Positions 12,934 to 25,086 of a DNA stretch of 64,000 nucleotides are shown in pieces. The notes under the pieces were generated by a model that was not told where the DNA came from, did not search any database, and saw only the letters and a program-made list of their open reading frames with translations. The stretch lies in the NCBI RefSeq assembly GCF_006345805.1, contig NC_042999.1:26288001-26352000 (forward strand), read 5' to 3'. Position 1 is the first letter of the stretch; the number at the start of each line of letters is the position of its first letter. The translations under genes were made by a program, and so were the position numbers. Source of the stretch: Octopus sinensis (lineage: Eukaryota).

Positions 12934-13366
12934 GTAATTATTTTATTTCGTATATTTTTCACTTGTTTATTGCTATGGTTTTGTGTTGAGTTTGATCTGA
13001 GAACATAATCTTTTGTGGTGAATGGCGATTTGACGTCTAATCTAGCATGTTGACTGTCCACTTTTCGTGTTCAGTCCTTAATTGGTTATATAAATATTTT
13101 AATCTTCGGACTTTTTTAATATGCTAGACCACTGGTCTTAATTGATAAATGTCAATTCTCATTAATTAATTTTATATATATATATATATAATAATAATAT
13201 TAGGGAATATATCCAAATTTACAGGGAAAAAAAATCAGATTTAGGATTAAATCCAATTTTATAGTAAAATATATAAAATATTATTTGAGACAAAACCACT
13301 ATTTTGCAAAACAAACAAGGAAAGACTTAATCAATACATAAAATTAATAAATAGTCAAAAAAACCG

Positions 13367-13409
13367 CCACTACAATCGTTTCTTGTCTTGATCGACAATC
13401 TTCAGGTGG
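13367..13409 (-). ncRNA. Minimal type I hammerhead ribozyme, intact (left arm)
   Basis: Exact reverse complement of 16958-17000. Confidence 0.88.
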
Positions 13410-16400
13410 ACTTCCAATCTAAAAAATCAAAATTTTAAAATATAAAAATAATACTTTTAAATAATTAAAGTATAAATGAAAAAATATAAGTATATAATCC
13501 ATATATAACCTATATATAATCCATATCGAAAATATAGACTAATTACCACGAATTCCCTAAAAAAACCATGATAAAACAAACTCTTAAAACATATAACGAT
13601 AAAATCTCCCTTTGCTAAACTCTATAACAAACCTATAAAGTAAACCCCCTAACCTAAACATTCACACACAAATACACACACGTAAACCACAGACTCACGA
13701 CTTATACACATACCTATACTAACTTATAAACCTCAATATACACCAAAACCCACTCCCTCCCCACACAGACAAATTAACACATACATCCCAAAACCTAAAT
13801 AACAAACCCATATACACATTCACACACAAACACACACTCACACGCAAAACACTCACACACAAAAGATACATATACTCCCTCACATATACGCCTATACATA
13901 CTCACTAAACTCGACATATACAACAATACTTACACACCCACAAAAAAACATTATATACATTTATGAGCTTTAACTCACCTTAGCATCTCTAACAAACAAC
14001 TTGCAGTAACCCAATCCCATTCTCTATGCCTACCTCACTACTACACTATTCCATTCACATTCCAAGCAACGCTAGTCCACCACCCGGTTATTCACGTGGC
14101 AAAACGAACACCACTCAAAAATTATGAATGAAACAATGTAAAAAAATAACCAACACCTAAAATAGACAAAATACCACAAATTACCTAAAAAAACCATGAT
14201 AAACCAAAACTCATAAAAGCATATAACGATAAAATCTCCCTTTGCTAAACCCTATAACAAACTTATATAGCAATCCCCCTAACCTAAACATTCACACACA
14301 AAAAAAACCCACACGTAAACCACAGACCCAAGACTTATACACAAACCTATACTAACTTATAAACCTCAATATACACCAAAAACCACTCCCTCCCCACACA
14401 GACAAATTAACACATACATCCCAAATCCTAAATAACAAACCCAAATACACATTCACACACACAAACACACCACACACAAAACCACACATACACAACAGAT
14501 ACATATGCTCCCTCACATATACGCATATACATACTCACTAAACTCGATATATACAACAATATTTACACCCACACTCATACAGATAAATAAATTAATTATA
14601 CAATTAAAAACTCACAACCAATCTCATATACATAAACACTCTTATGAAAACAACAATAAATACATCGTAATTACCAGAATATCAAAAATAACATTATGAC
14701 ATAAGGATAAATCAAATACATACTTACAATTCAGTTACAAATTATGAAGTGAAATTAGATTTTTAGCCGTTAAAAAACCAAACAAAATTACGTTACCATG
14801 GAATAACTAATGTAAAAAAAGAATACGCGCCATAGAAAGTAAACGTCATTCATAGTATGAATGGAGAAATATAATAAATGGAACTAAAAACTATTTCCAC
14901 GTAGCAAACCACGCTACTTAAAAAAATTTATTATGAATGGATTCTTAAAAACTATCATGAAAAATCAATTATATACATTTATGAGCTTTAGCTCACCCTA
15001 GCAACTCTAACAAACAACTTACAGTACCCATACTCAATACCTACCTCATTACCACCCTAATCCATTCACAATTCCAAACAACACTAGTCCACCACACGGT
15101 TACAATTCCCAACTCTACCCATTCATTCATAATTTCAACGACGTCCCCTTCAACAACTCTACATATAAGCCTCAACATATACACCGGAGAGATACACTTA
15201 CACATCCGTATATGTAGAGTTGTTTGAAGGGAACGTCGGTTGAAATTATGAATGAATGGTAGTAGAGTTGGGATTGTAACCGTGTGGTGGACTAGTGTTG
15301 TTTGGAATTGTGAATGGATTAGGGTGGTAATGAGGTAGGTATTGAGTATGGGTACTGTAGTAGTTGTTTGTTAGAGTTGCTAGGGTGAGCTAAAGCTCAT
15401 AAATGTATATAATTGATTTTTCATGATAGTTTTTAAAGAATCCATTCATAATAAATTTTTTTAAGTAGCGTTGGTTTGCTACGTGGAAATAGTTTTTAGT
15501 TCCATTATTATATTTCTCCATTCATACTATGAATGACGTTTACTTTCTATGGCGCGTATTCTTTTTTTACATTAGTTATTTCCATGGTTAACGTAATTTT
15601 GTTTGGTTTTTTAACGGCTAAAAATCTAATTTCACTTCAAATTTGTAACTGAATTGTAAGTATGTATTTGATTTATCCTTATGTCATAATGTTATTTGTA
15701 TTCTGGTTAATACGATGTATTTATTGTTGTTTTCATAAGAGTGTTTATGTATATGAGATTGGTTGTGAGTTTTAATTGTATAATTAATTTATTATCTGTA
15801 TGAGTGGGGGTGTAAATATTGTTGTATATATCGAGTTTTAGTGAGTATGTATATGCGTATATGTGAGGGAGCATATGTATCTTGTGTATGTGTGTTTGGT
15901 GTGTGTGTGTTTTGTGTGTGAATGTGTATTTGGGTTTGTTATTTAGGATTGGGATGTATGTGTTAATTGTCTGTGTGGGGAGGGAGTGGTTTTTGGTGTT
16001 ATTGAGGTTTATAAGTTAGTATAGGTTTGTGTATAAGTCTTGGGTCTGTGGTTTACGTGTGGGTTTTTTTTGTGTGTGTGAAGTTTAGGTTAGGGGGATT
16101 GCTATATAAGTTTGTTATAGGGTTTAGCAAAGGGAGATTTTATCGTTATATGCTTTTATGAGTTTTGGTTTATCATGGTTTTTTTTAGGTAATTGTGGTA
16201 TTTTGTCTATTTTAGGTGTTGGTTATTTTTTTACATTGTTTCATTCATATTTTTTGGTGGTGTTCGTTTTGCCACGTGAATAACCGGGTGGTGGTGGACT
16301 AGCGTTGCTTGGAATGTGAATGGAATAGTGTAGTAGTGAGGTAGGCATAGAGAATGGGATTGGGTTACTGCAAGTTGTTGTTAGAGATGCTAAGGTGAGT

Positions 16401-16957
16401 TAAAGCTCATAAATGTATATAATGTTTTTTGTGGGTGTGTAAGTATTGTTGTATATGTCGAGTTTAGTGAGTATGTATAGGCGTATATGTGAGGGAGTAT
16501 ATGTATCTTTTGTGTGTGAGTGTTTTGCGTGTGAGTGTGTGTTTTGTGTGTGAATGTGTATATGGGTTTGTTATTTAGGTTTGGGATGTATGTGTTAATT
16601 TGTCTGTGTGGGGAGGGAGTGGGTTTTGGTGTATATTGAGGTTTATAAGTTAGTATAGGTATGTGTATAAGTCGTGAGTCTGTGGTTTACGTGTTTATTT
16701 GTGTGTGAATGTTTAGGTTAGGGGTTACTTTATAGGTTTGTTATAGAGTTTAGCAAAGGGAGATTTTATCGTTATATGTTTTTAAGAGTTTGTTTTATCA
16801 TGGTTTTTTTTAGGGAATTCGTGGTAATAGTCTATATTTTCGATATGGATTATATATAGGTTATATATGGATTATATACTTATATTTTTTCATTATACTT
16901 TATTATTTAAAAGTATTATTTTTATATTTTAAAATTTTGATTTTTTAGATTGGAAGT

Positions 16958-17000
16958 CCACCTGAAGATTGTCGATCAAGACAAGAAACGATTGTAGTGG
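16958..17000 (+). ncRNA. Minimal type I hammerhead ribozyme, intact (right arm)
   Basis: CCAC-CUGAAGA-UUGUC-GAUCAA-GACAA-GAAA-CGAUUGU-A-GUGG: canonical core, 4-bp stem I, 5-bp stem II, near-palindromic stem III ACGAUUGU; predicted cut after A16996. Confidence 0.88.
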
Positions 17001-18446
17001 CGGTTTTTTTGACTATTATTAAATTTTATGTATTGATTAAGTCTTCCTTGTTGTTTTGCAAAATAGTGGTTTTGTCTCAAATAATATTTTATATAATATA
17101 TATAATATATATAGGCAAATTTGTTGTTGAAAATGCAACTAAATTTGAAAAACTTGTAATTGTTTAAAGTAAATTTATTTACATGTATACCAAATTAGTT
17201 TCAACAATATTTTTTGTTTATCAATGGTAAATATTTAGAATTATGAATTAGAAAAAAACACGATTTAATGTTAACAAGTTTAAATGTTCATGACAGTCAA
17301 TAATATAAAAACTTTGCATTAACTTGTTTTTTAAGGCTGGTTGATTCTCTTAAAGGGTCAATTTGTTGTATTTGCTGAAGTTCAGTTGTGATCGGAGGTA
17401 AAATTTCATTGGTCTAGAGATAGGGGACGTCGGCAACTGTTGTTTATATGGTGTCGTAGTATGTTGATTCGGAGTTTCGGTTTCGAAAACTGGGTGGAGG
17501 ATTGTTAGTAAAGTTTTTTATAATTATGCGTGTGTGTGAACATCATTTATCTTTGTTTGCTTTTGTTAACATAATTTATTCAAATAATTTTGCTTCATAA
17601 GTGACAGAAACTGTGTTTATGTTAATCTATATTGAAATTGCAACATGTTATTTACAAGTGCAATACATGTCATTCCACATATTTATATGCATTTTTAAAG
17701 CTAGAATTATTGAGTTAGCGTCATTAAGTCTTTAAGATGCTTTTCAAATATATTTTTGGCGTCTCTATCTCTACAATTGTATACGCTACAGTTAGTTACA
17801 CTATAGTTCATTTACAATAAGATCCTTGACTTTCACAAGATTGTCGCATACCACTTTGTCGTACGTTAAACAAAATATTGAATACAATTGTAAGTGATAT
17901 TGATTGATCCCCAGAGCCTATTTCGCCATATTTTTTTCTATAAATGTTTACGGTCAGTAAATGAAATCAAGAATGATAATTTTACAAGCATTTGTTTAGA
18001 GAAAGCCTTGTCAATTAATGCCACATTTCACAAACAGAAAGAGCATTATGCCCGTGGATACGGTAACATAATGTAACAGAGCGTGAATTGAGAATGTGAA
18101 TTGTCACCACTATCAGTTAGCATGCCTGGAGAAACAAAGAAAGAAAAACAATGAAATATTTGGAATACTTATCACAAACGTTAACGGCATAAGTATAACT
18201 TGTTTATATTTAATATCATCCTTTTTAAAAAGAAAGTTACGTTTCAATATCGTCGTTATTTATAAGCTAAGAAACTTTTTTCCACTGTGAGATTAATAAC
18301 GTATTTCGATATATGTGTGAGTGCTAATTTATTTAATTCAGAGAGCTGGGGCTTTTCGATTAATTAAAATTATATTTTTAATGAAGGAAGGGAAAACATT
18401 GGTTAAATGAAGAAATTAACCGTCTTACAATCTACTGAAAAATCTG

Positions 18447-18492
<46 letters not shown>

Positions 18493-18736
18493 AAACGTTT
18501 TCATCAGTGTATTCTTTTGGCGATTTAATAAGAGTTTTGACTGTTATTTCTATAGCGGATGGGCATACTTATTATGTCCTTTGATTAATTTTAAGCCCTC
18601 GGCTATTTGATGGTAGTTTTTGGCCTGCTATCGCCTGTGTAATTGATTATGTTATTATCATTTTTAAAATAAATAGTTACATTGGATAATAATAGAATTA
18701 ATGACACCTTCGTAAATTGAATTTATATATATATAT

Positions 18737-18990
18737 ATATATAAAGTTAATCCAACAAGAAAACACAGTAAAAAAGAAAAAAAGAGAAAAAAACACAGCA
18801 ACGCAGGACGTGGAACAATTAAAGTATTATTGACGCTCAGGAAAGAAGAGAAGGAGGGTTTAACGTTTCGAGTGGAGCTCTTCGTCGGAAACAAGGAGAA
18901 GGAAAGATCCCAAGGAGGGAAGACAGAGGAGACAATATTTGAGCTGGTGGTGCTTAAGAGATCACATGTTGAAAAGAACAGAATTTGGAG
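18737..18990 (-). mobile_element. Short pLTR-like HHR element, family D copy 1
   Basis: Follows (TA)n; homologous to 20650-20870 and 54786-54997; HHR at 18858-18892 with U4>C. Confidence 0.75.
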
Positions 18991-19465
18991 GTAGTTGAAA
19001 AATGGTTTTATAATGCAAGAGAGTTCCAAAAAAAGGGAATGCCTCTGTGTGTGTGTGTGTGTGTGCAAGATGACAAGTGTGTTTGTGCGTGCGTGTGTGT
19101 GTGTGTGTGTATATTTTTGGTGAATAGAGTTAATGACAAAGCCAGCTGTGGTGATGACTGCTAGCTGTTTGTGTCAAGCTAGGTCAAAGCCAGGTCAAAA
19201 AACATTATAGTGTGTTGTTTGTAGTGTGTGTGTGTGTGTGCATGTGTGTGTTCGTGTGTGTATGCGTAGAGTGTGGGTGTGTGACGTAACCTAGTACGTG
19301 TGCGCTTGTACGTGCGTGTGTGTGTGTAGGAGGATGTATATGTGGGTTCATTTGTGTGAGAGTGTATGTATGTGCGTGTATGTGTGCGTTTGTATGTGTT
19401 TGTGTGTATGTGTGCGTGCGCGGGTAGGTGTATATTGTGTATGTATATCTGTCGGTGTGTATGTG

Positions 19466-19510
<45 letters not shown>

Positions 19511-19617
19511 ATGTATTTATGTATGTATGCATGTATTTATACATATACAGAAGAAAGCCGACTGTAAGAATTATTTTAAACATTTTTAATAAATATATTG
19601 CTAGCTGACAAAATAAG

Positions 19618-19780
19618 TTGGATGAAAATTATCAAGACAGGAGAATTATCTTAAATATTGAACGAAACATTGCTTCAGTAATGATTAAATACAAACGTTT
19701 TTCGGATTTTGTGTTACATTCCCCGGATGCATCAAAATATTTTTCAAATCTACAAAAGTTATACGATCGATTGACTGTGA
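19618..19780 (+). mobile_element. Possible Helitron RepHel remnant upstream of the helicase
   Basis: LNIERNIASVMIKYKRFSDFVLHSPD resembles the LI.IED....K.L.DFGLPSP segment; same strand as the helicase piece at 21150. Confidence 0.4.
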
Positions 19781-20649
19781 TTATCACAATAATCTCCCTA
19801 TATATGAAGTTCGTTTTCTCTGTCTGTCTGTTTCCTATGCATTCTCAAACGGCTCGAAAATCAAATCAAATTTTACAAGGTAATAGAATCAGACCCCGCG
19901 AGTTTCAACATGTAATTTCTGTTTTCATTTGGATTGAAAGGATACAATATTTTATCTAAAATGACTTTTCTATAGACAACTATAATAAAGGACATTTTAT
20001 ACAACCACCACGACGTGACATTTTGTAGATGTGTGTGTATGTGTCCGTGAGTGTGTGTGTGTTTACGCTTTCGTTACGTACGATAGACCCCAGAGAATTA
20101 CACACACACATCTGCACACATATATATACATGTGTATATGATTGTATATGTGTATGTCTGTGAGTGTGTGTGCATGTTTGCGCGTTCATTACGTACGTTA
20201 GTCCTCAGACAGTTAAACGGACACACATACACACAATGCTACACGTACGTATACATATGTGATTACTGACGTGTATGTATGTGACTGTTTATGAGAATTC
20301 ATGTATGTGGGAGTATACATACATTTTTGTGATGACTGAAACAAACACACATATCTAAAGAGAGGGAGAGAGAGAGATAGAAAGAGAGAGAGACAGTAAT
20401 AGCGATAGGCCATTAAACAAAGAGATACAATTAAACTGTTTGAGATCCACATAGAGAGAGGGAGAGAGAGTGGTAGATAGAGAATGAATGAGAGAGAGAG
20501 AGTGATGTCCCACAAAAATTTAAATCGGCTCACACACATCTGCACATATATACATATGTGATGACTGACAAGTATATAATAAATATTGTTTATCCTGAGG
20601 TGTGCGTGAATGTATGTCTGTCTTTCTGTCTTTCTTAGCATATATATAT

Positions 20650-20870
20650 ATAAAGTTAATCCAAACATAAAAACACCAAGAGAAAACACAACAACGCGAG
20701 GACGTGGTACAAATATAGTATTATTGGACGCTCAGGAAGGAAGGGAAGAAGGAGGGTTTTACGTTTTTCGCCGAGCTCTTCGTCAGAAACTAGAAAAAGG
20801 AAGATCCAGAAAGAGAACGGAGGAAAAAAAATCGCCAACGATACACACGCGGCCAAATTTTGAATCAATA
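20650..20870 (-). mobile_element. Short pLTR-like HHR element, family D copy 2
   Basis: Follows (TA)n; HHR at 20756-20790 with CUGACGA intact and stem II disrupted. Confidence 0.75.
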
Positions 20871-20938
20871 TATATATACATATATATATAATATATATAA
20901 TATATATATATTATATTATATATATATATATATATATA

Positions 20939-20984
<46 letters not shown>

Positions 20985-21014
20985 TATTATATATATTATA
21001 TATATATACATATA

Positions 21015-21054
<40 letters not shown>

Positions 21055-21149
21055 TTATGTATATATATATATTATATATACATACACATATATATATATA
21101 TGTGTGTGTGTATGTGATTGTATGAGATTGTTGAGATTGTTTGTGTGTG

Positions 21150-21904
21150 AGTGTATGTTTGATTGTGAATAACACTAATGTAAACTGGTTATGTGAAAGA
21201 GCTATACTGGCTCCAAGTAATGACATGGTTGATAAACTCAATCATGGACTTCTTCAAAATTTAAAAGATACGTCAGAAATGACTTTCCGACCAATTCACA
21301 CTGCAGTCGATTAAAATCACGCTGTTCAATACCCTGTTGAATTTCTGAATACACTTCAACGCACTGAGATGACACCGCCTAACTTGACACTAAAGCTGGA
21401 TGTTCCTATTATGTTGCTTAGGAACTCGTTTAATTGTTACTTGCATGAAGCCCCAGAGGCAAAAATCATAACAGGTAATCACAAAGGAGAAAAAGTCTTC
21501 ATTCCAAAAATTCCTCTCAGATGTTCCATTCGAATTTTTAAGACGCTTCAGTTTCTAGGTATTTCGTTTAACATTTCTCAGAGTCAATCCCTCAAGGTAG
21601 TTGAACTAAATCTCATTACTACATAATTCTTCCACAGGTAACTCTATGATGGTTGCTCACGAGTTGGATGCAACAACAATTTATTCATTTGGACACCGAA
21701 AAAAAAAAGGATATTAAATTGCATGGACTGCTTCAAGAATGACAGATTTCAGTTCTAAATTCTATTATCGTTACAATTAAGATATTTTAAAATAAAGTAT
21801 AAATATTTCGAAATAATTTTGAGAAACTAAATATGCCTTCATATTTATTGTTTACTCATCTGAAGAACAACAGTAATCCGGGCAACGACGGGTCATTCAG
21901 CTAG
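21150..21904 (+). mobile_element. Helitron 3' part (decayed PIF1-like helicase, terminal hairpin, CTAG)
   Basis: WLCERAILAPSND, YPVEFLNTL, LTLKLDVPIMLLRN, GEKVFIPKIP, SQSQSLKVV; hairpin remnant CCGGGCAACGACGGG then CTAG at 21901-21904. Confidence 0.88.
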
Positions 21905-21958
21905 GATGATAAATATAATGAAAAATATATGAACTATAGTGCATTGCAGGATTTTGTT

Positions 21959-22010
<52 letters not shown>

Positions 22011-22280
22011 AAACACACACACACATTGGGACGATGATATACACACAAATGTATATATATATTTGCGGATGTATTTAGGTTCTTCATATATTTCGCTGAT
22101 ATTTATTGTTTTTAAGCTCCAATTCTATGATTTTATGATCAGATTAAATTTCTCCGAGAGCACACACCTCTGCACATGGTGTTTTTATAGAAACAGACCA
22201 CTCCACAACCGCACTTATAAACGCAGGTACAAAAACACACACACACATCTACATATGATACGCATGCCCATAAACATACA

Positions 22281-22572
22281 TGGCACTCCGACGAGAACGG
22301 CGACGAGTGTTCCAGTTGAGCCGTTCAACGGAACAGCCTCCAAGTGAGATAAACGTGGAAGTGGCCGAGCATTCCACAGACACTCGAACCCTTGACGTGG
22401 TTATCAGAGTGATTCTGTGTGTCATAGAGTGAGAATGCTGGCCCTTTGAAACACTCATTGTTGCCGGCTGAGTGGAATAGAGAGTAATGAAATGAATTGT
22501 GTTGCTCAAAGACACAGCGCCGGTGGGAATCGAACTCACGACGAAAGAAGCGTGAGCTGAACACCCTAACCA
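22281..22572 (-). mobile_element. SINE family 3, degenerate
   Basis: Colinear similarity to 46968-47354 (GTTCCAGTTGA..CAACGGAACAGCC; GGAATCGAAC head). Confidence 0.7.
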
Positions 22573-23238
22573 TGTATATCTATATATACAAAGACCAGCT
22601 ACAAATCTTGCGAAACACAGTTTATTTGAGCAAAATAGTAATTGCAGTTACCTGACGATACACATGTACACCGTGGAATACACTTAAACCAGATGTTCAC
22701 AATCTTTCCCACGACGGACCGATGCCAGATGGTTTGATGCAATTATAGTGATCGACAAGTATTTGCGTATCTGCTATATTCTGTCTGTGTAATTAATTAA
22801 ATATATTATACATATTTACTTGTGTGCCTTCGCTTGGCCCTTAGGTCTTTCCTTTTTTTGTCCATCGTACGTCCAGTCACAGTCTTGTTTCCAAGTACTT
22901 TTGTACATCTTCCTATGTCCACTTCTGTATTCCTTGTTCATCCTTTATTCTCAGTTTTGTTTTAGTCACATTCCCTGCAGGTTCTTTTGCTGGTTGCCTC
23001 CATTATGGAAGGAATACTATTATAATATTATAATATGGAAAGAATACTATCGATAAAGGCAGAAAATTGCACTCCATCCCCTGCTCGATAACTGATGAAG
23101 ACTTGGTGACCTTTTGCGTTTGTTCTCCACTTGTTTCTGCATTTTGAATGTGTTTTTCCACTTGTCCTTCTGTGTTGATTCCGCTTTTATATTCGTATGT
23201 TTATTACAATACGTGTTTGACTATGAACATATATATAT

Positions 23239-23275
<37 letters not shown>

Positions 23276-23292
23276 GTGTATATATGTGTGTG

Positions 23293-23332
<40 letters not shown>

Positions 23333-23409
23333 CTGTTTGTTTGACTATGTATGTATCTATCTATCTACCGATCTATCAATTTATATATTTATCTAGCTAG
23401 ATATATATA

Positions 23410-23900
23410 TTGGGTTAGCGCATAAATAATGCAGTTTTATTTTCAATTGCATGAACGAAAAGTCGGAGAGGGACGGGATGATCTACCTGCATCAACTTGT
23501 CAAAAAAAAAAAAAAAACAGGTAGTAATTTTATCTCGTACTTATTCTTAGCGCAAGATATGAAGAGTGCAGTTCGATTTTCAAAGGAAAGTGCTAGGAAT
23601 ATTAACGTAGTATTTGGCGATAAATATGAAACCTGCACAGATCAAAACTTTTTAAGAAAGGCGTATATTTTTTTATGGAAAGCTTATGTAATTTAAGAAG
23701 AACCCATCAGCGGACCAGTGCAAATTTTCTATAGAAAGAAAAAGAATACAAAAAACTCTTACTAAAACACCCAGGTGGAAATTTAACCTTGCCTGTGTAA
23801 AATCCTCGTTACGCTAAACAATTTTATTGCATCTAGTTTTATTTTAGCTTACTTTCAAAAAGGTTGAATCTGAGGCTGCAAAAAGGGATCGCCTCAGTAC
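23410..23900 (+). mobile_element. Mariner 5' remnant (TIR and HTH region)
   Basis: TA followed by TTGGGTTAGCGCATAAATAATGC TIR-like start; peptides ESARNINVVFGD and EEPISGP (ED.PRSGRP). Confidence 0.6.
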
Positions 23901-24177
23901 ATGTATTAACAGATTTTGGCCCCAAAGACTTCAGGATTTCAAGGAATTCTTTTAAACACAACATACCCTTATTTATATTTACTCTGAAGTACAGGGATCT
24001 CGAAATAACGGACCATTCCAGAGAATAACTTATTATTCCTCTTTAGATCGTGTAAATGAGATGCGAGTGTAGTAGAGCTACAGTATTTTTCGTTTGAAAA
24101 CGAGCACGCGTGGGCCCTACATCTAGCCTTAAAATTTACTGTACTACCTATATAAAACTTATTATTCGACTGAGCGG

Positions 24178-24233
<56 letters not shown>

Positions 24234-24292
24234 ATATTAAATTAGAGAAAAAACCACTATTAGGCAAATCAAACATATATATATACATATAT

Positions 24293-25086
24293 GTTTCTTT
24301 ATTAGCCACACAGGGCTGCACACAGATAGAACAAATTACAAGGTAGAGCTTTTCTTTTGAAGGTATTAAAAAAAAAAAAAAAAAAAAAAGGAAGGGGGAG
24401 GTTCGATCAAAAGGGATCGTAAAAGGAGAGAAAGAGGACAAAAATAAGGGGGGTTAAAAAAAAAAAAAAGGGGGGGAGAGGAAAAAAAAAATGATCAATA
24501 GGGATCGTTATCACAGAAATGTCAATATGAAGTGTAAAGGGGAGGACAGGTGAGGTTTACCCGTGGAAAGAAAAGCCTGCGGAAAAGACCACGGTAACCT
24601 CGGTCAATGAAGTCACATTTTATATTTCTTTTTTTTTTTTTTTTTTGCAAATAAGCAACTCTCTGTTTTCGATTTCTGGGTTCATAGGACTATGCTCAAG
24701 GTGACTTCGTCATTCATACGTGCCATTCTTGCTACATTCACCCATCTTTTTTTAAAACATTCGCTAGACAAAACTTGCCTCTCTACTCTCACTTTCCTTT
24801 TCAAGTGGTACTTGAAGAAGTTGATGAGAGATTGACCAGAGAGGAAAGTGTTTGTCTCCTTTCAGACGCGTCCACCAGATACATTCTTTCGCCATAGCCA
24901 CAAGGATGATGAAAATAGCTCTTCCTTCCCGTTTGAAGGAAGGAGGCGTGACAATATTGACGATAGACTCAGCTGATAAACCGACTCGTCCCACACGTGA
25001 CAGCAGTTGTTCGACATAAGCCCACAGGTCGGAAATTGTTGGACACTGAACGAGTGCGTGCAGAACGGTTTCGTCGCTCTGACCGC
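24293..25086 (-). mobile_element. Tx1/L1-clade LINE 3' fragment (CCHC zinc finger and 3' UTR)
   Basis: CGQSDETVLHALVQCPTISDLW zinc-knuckle and AKECIWWTR in ORF 24764-25135(-); ends in AATAAAGAAAC; both ends lie in (AT)n. Confidence 0.85.

Larger units (their letters stand above)
11085..13175. mobile_element. ~505-bp tandem repeat with one HHR per unit (retrozyme-like); ~1.05 units forward then ~3.1 units inverted
   Basis: Inverted units start at 11617, 12122, 12621, 13126; the forward unit from 11085 is their reverse complement; both ends run into (TA)n. Confidence 0.9.
13190..17095. mobile_element. HHR-bearing (PLE-derived?) element folded back into a ~3.8-kb palindrome
   Basis: Arms 13270-15167 and 15209-17095 are reverse complements with a 41-nt spacer; the left arm has an extra ~80-bp tail (13190-13269); (TA)n at both ends. 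Confidence 0.9.

Noticed and set aside
11085-13175. CRISPR-like or classical satellite interpretation of the array
   Set aside because: There are no unique spacers, the context is eukaryotic, and each unit carries an HHR fold.
15168-15208. Spacer as a missed PacBio SMRTbell adapter
   Set aside because: Only a loose resemblance (CTCAACA..CGGAGAGAT); it lacks the ATCTCTCTC stem and GGAGGAGGAGG run and reads as a continuation of the element. An artefact still needs read-level exclusion.
17300-17600. Minus-strand RT-like remnant (KLFE*IML..)
   Set aside because: Similarity too weak to assign by eye.
23090-23125. CTGATGAAGAC as an HHR start (also CTGAAGAAG at 36353 and minus-strand CTGATGAAAAC near 18500)
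   Set aside because: No stem II plus GAAA plus stem III follows.
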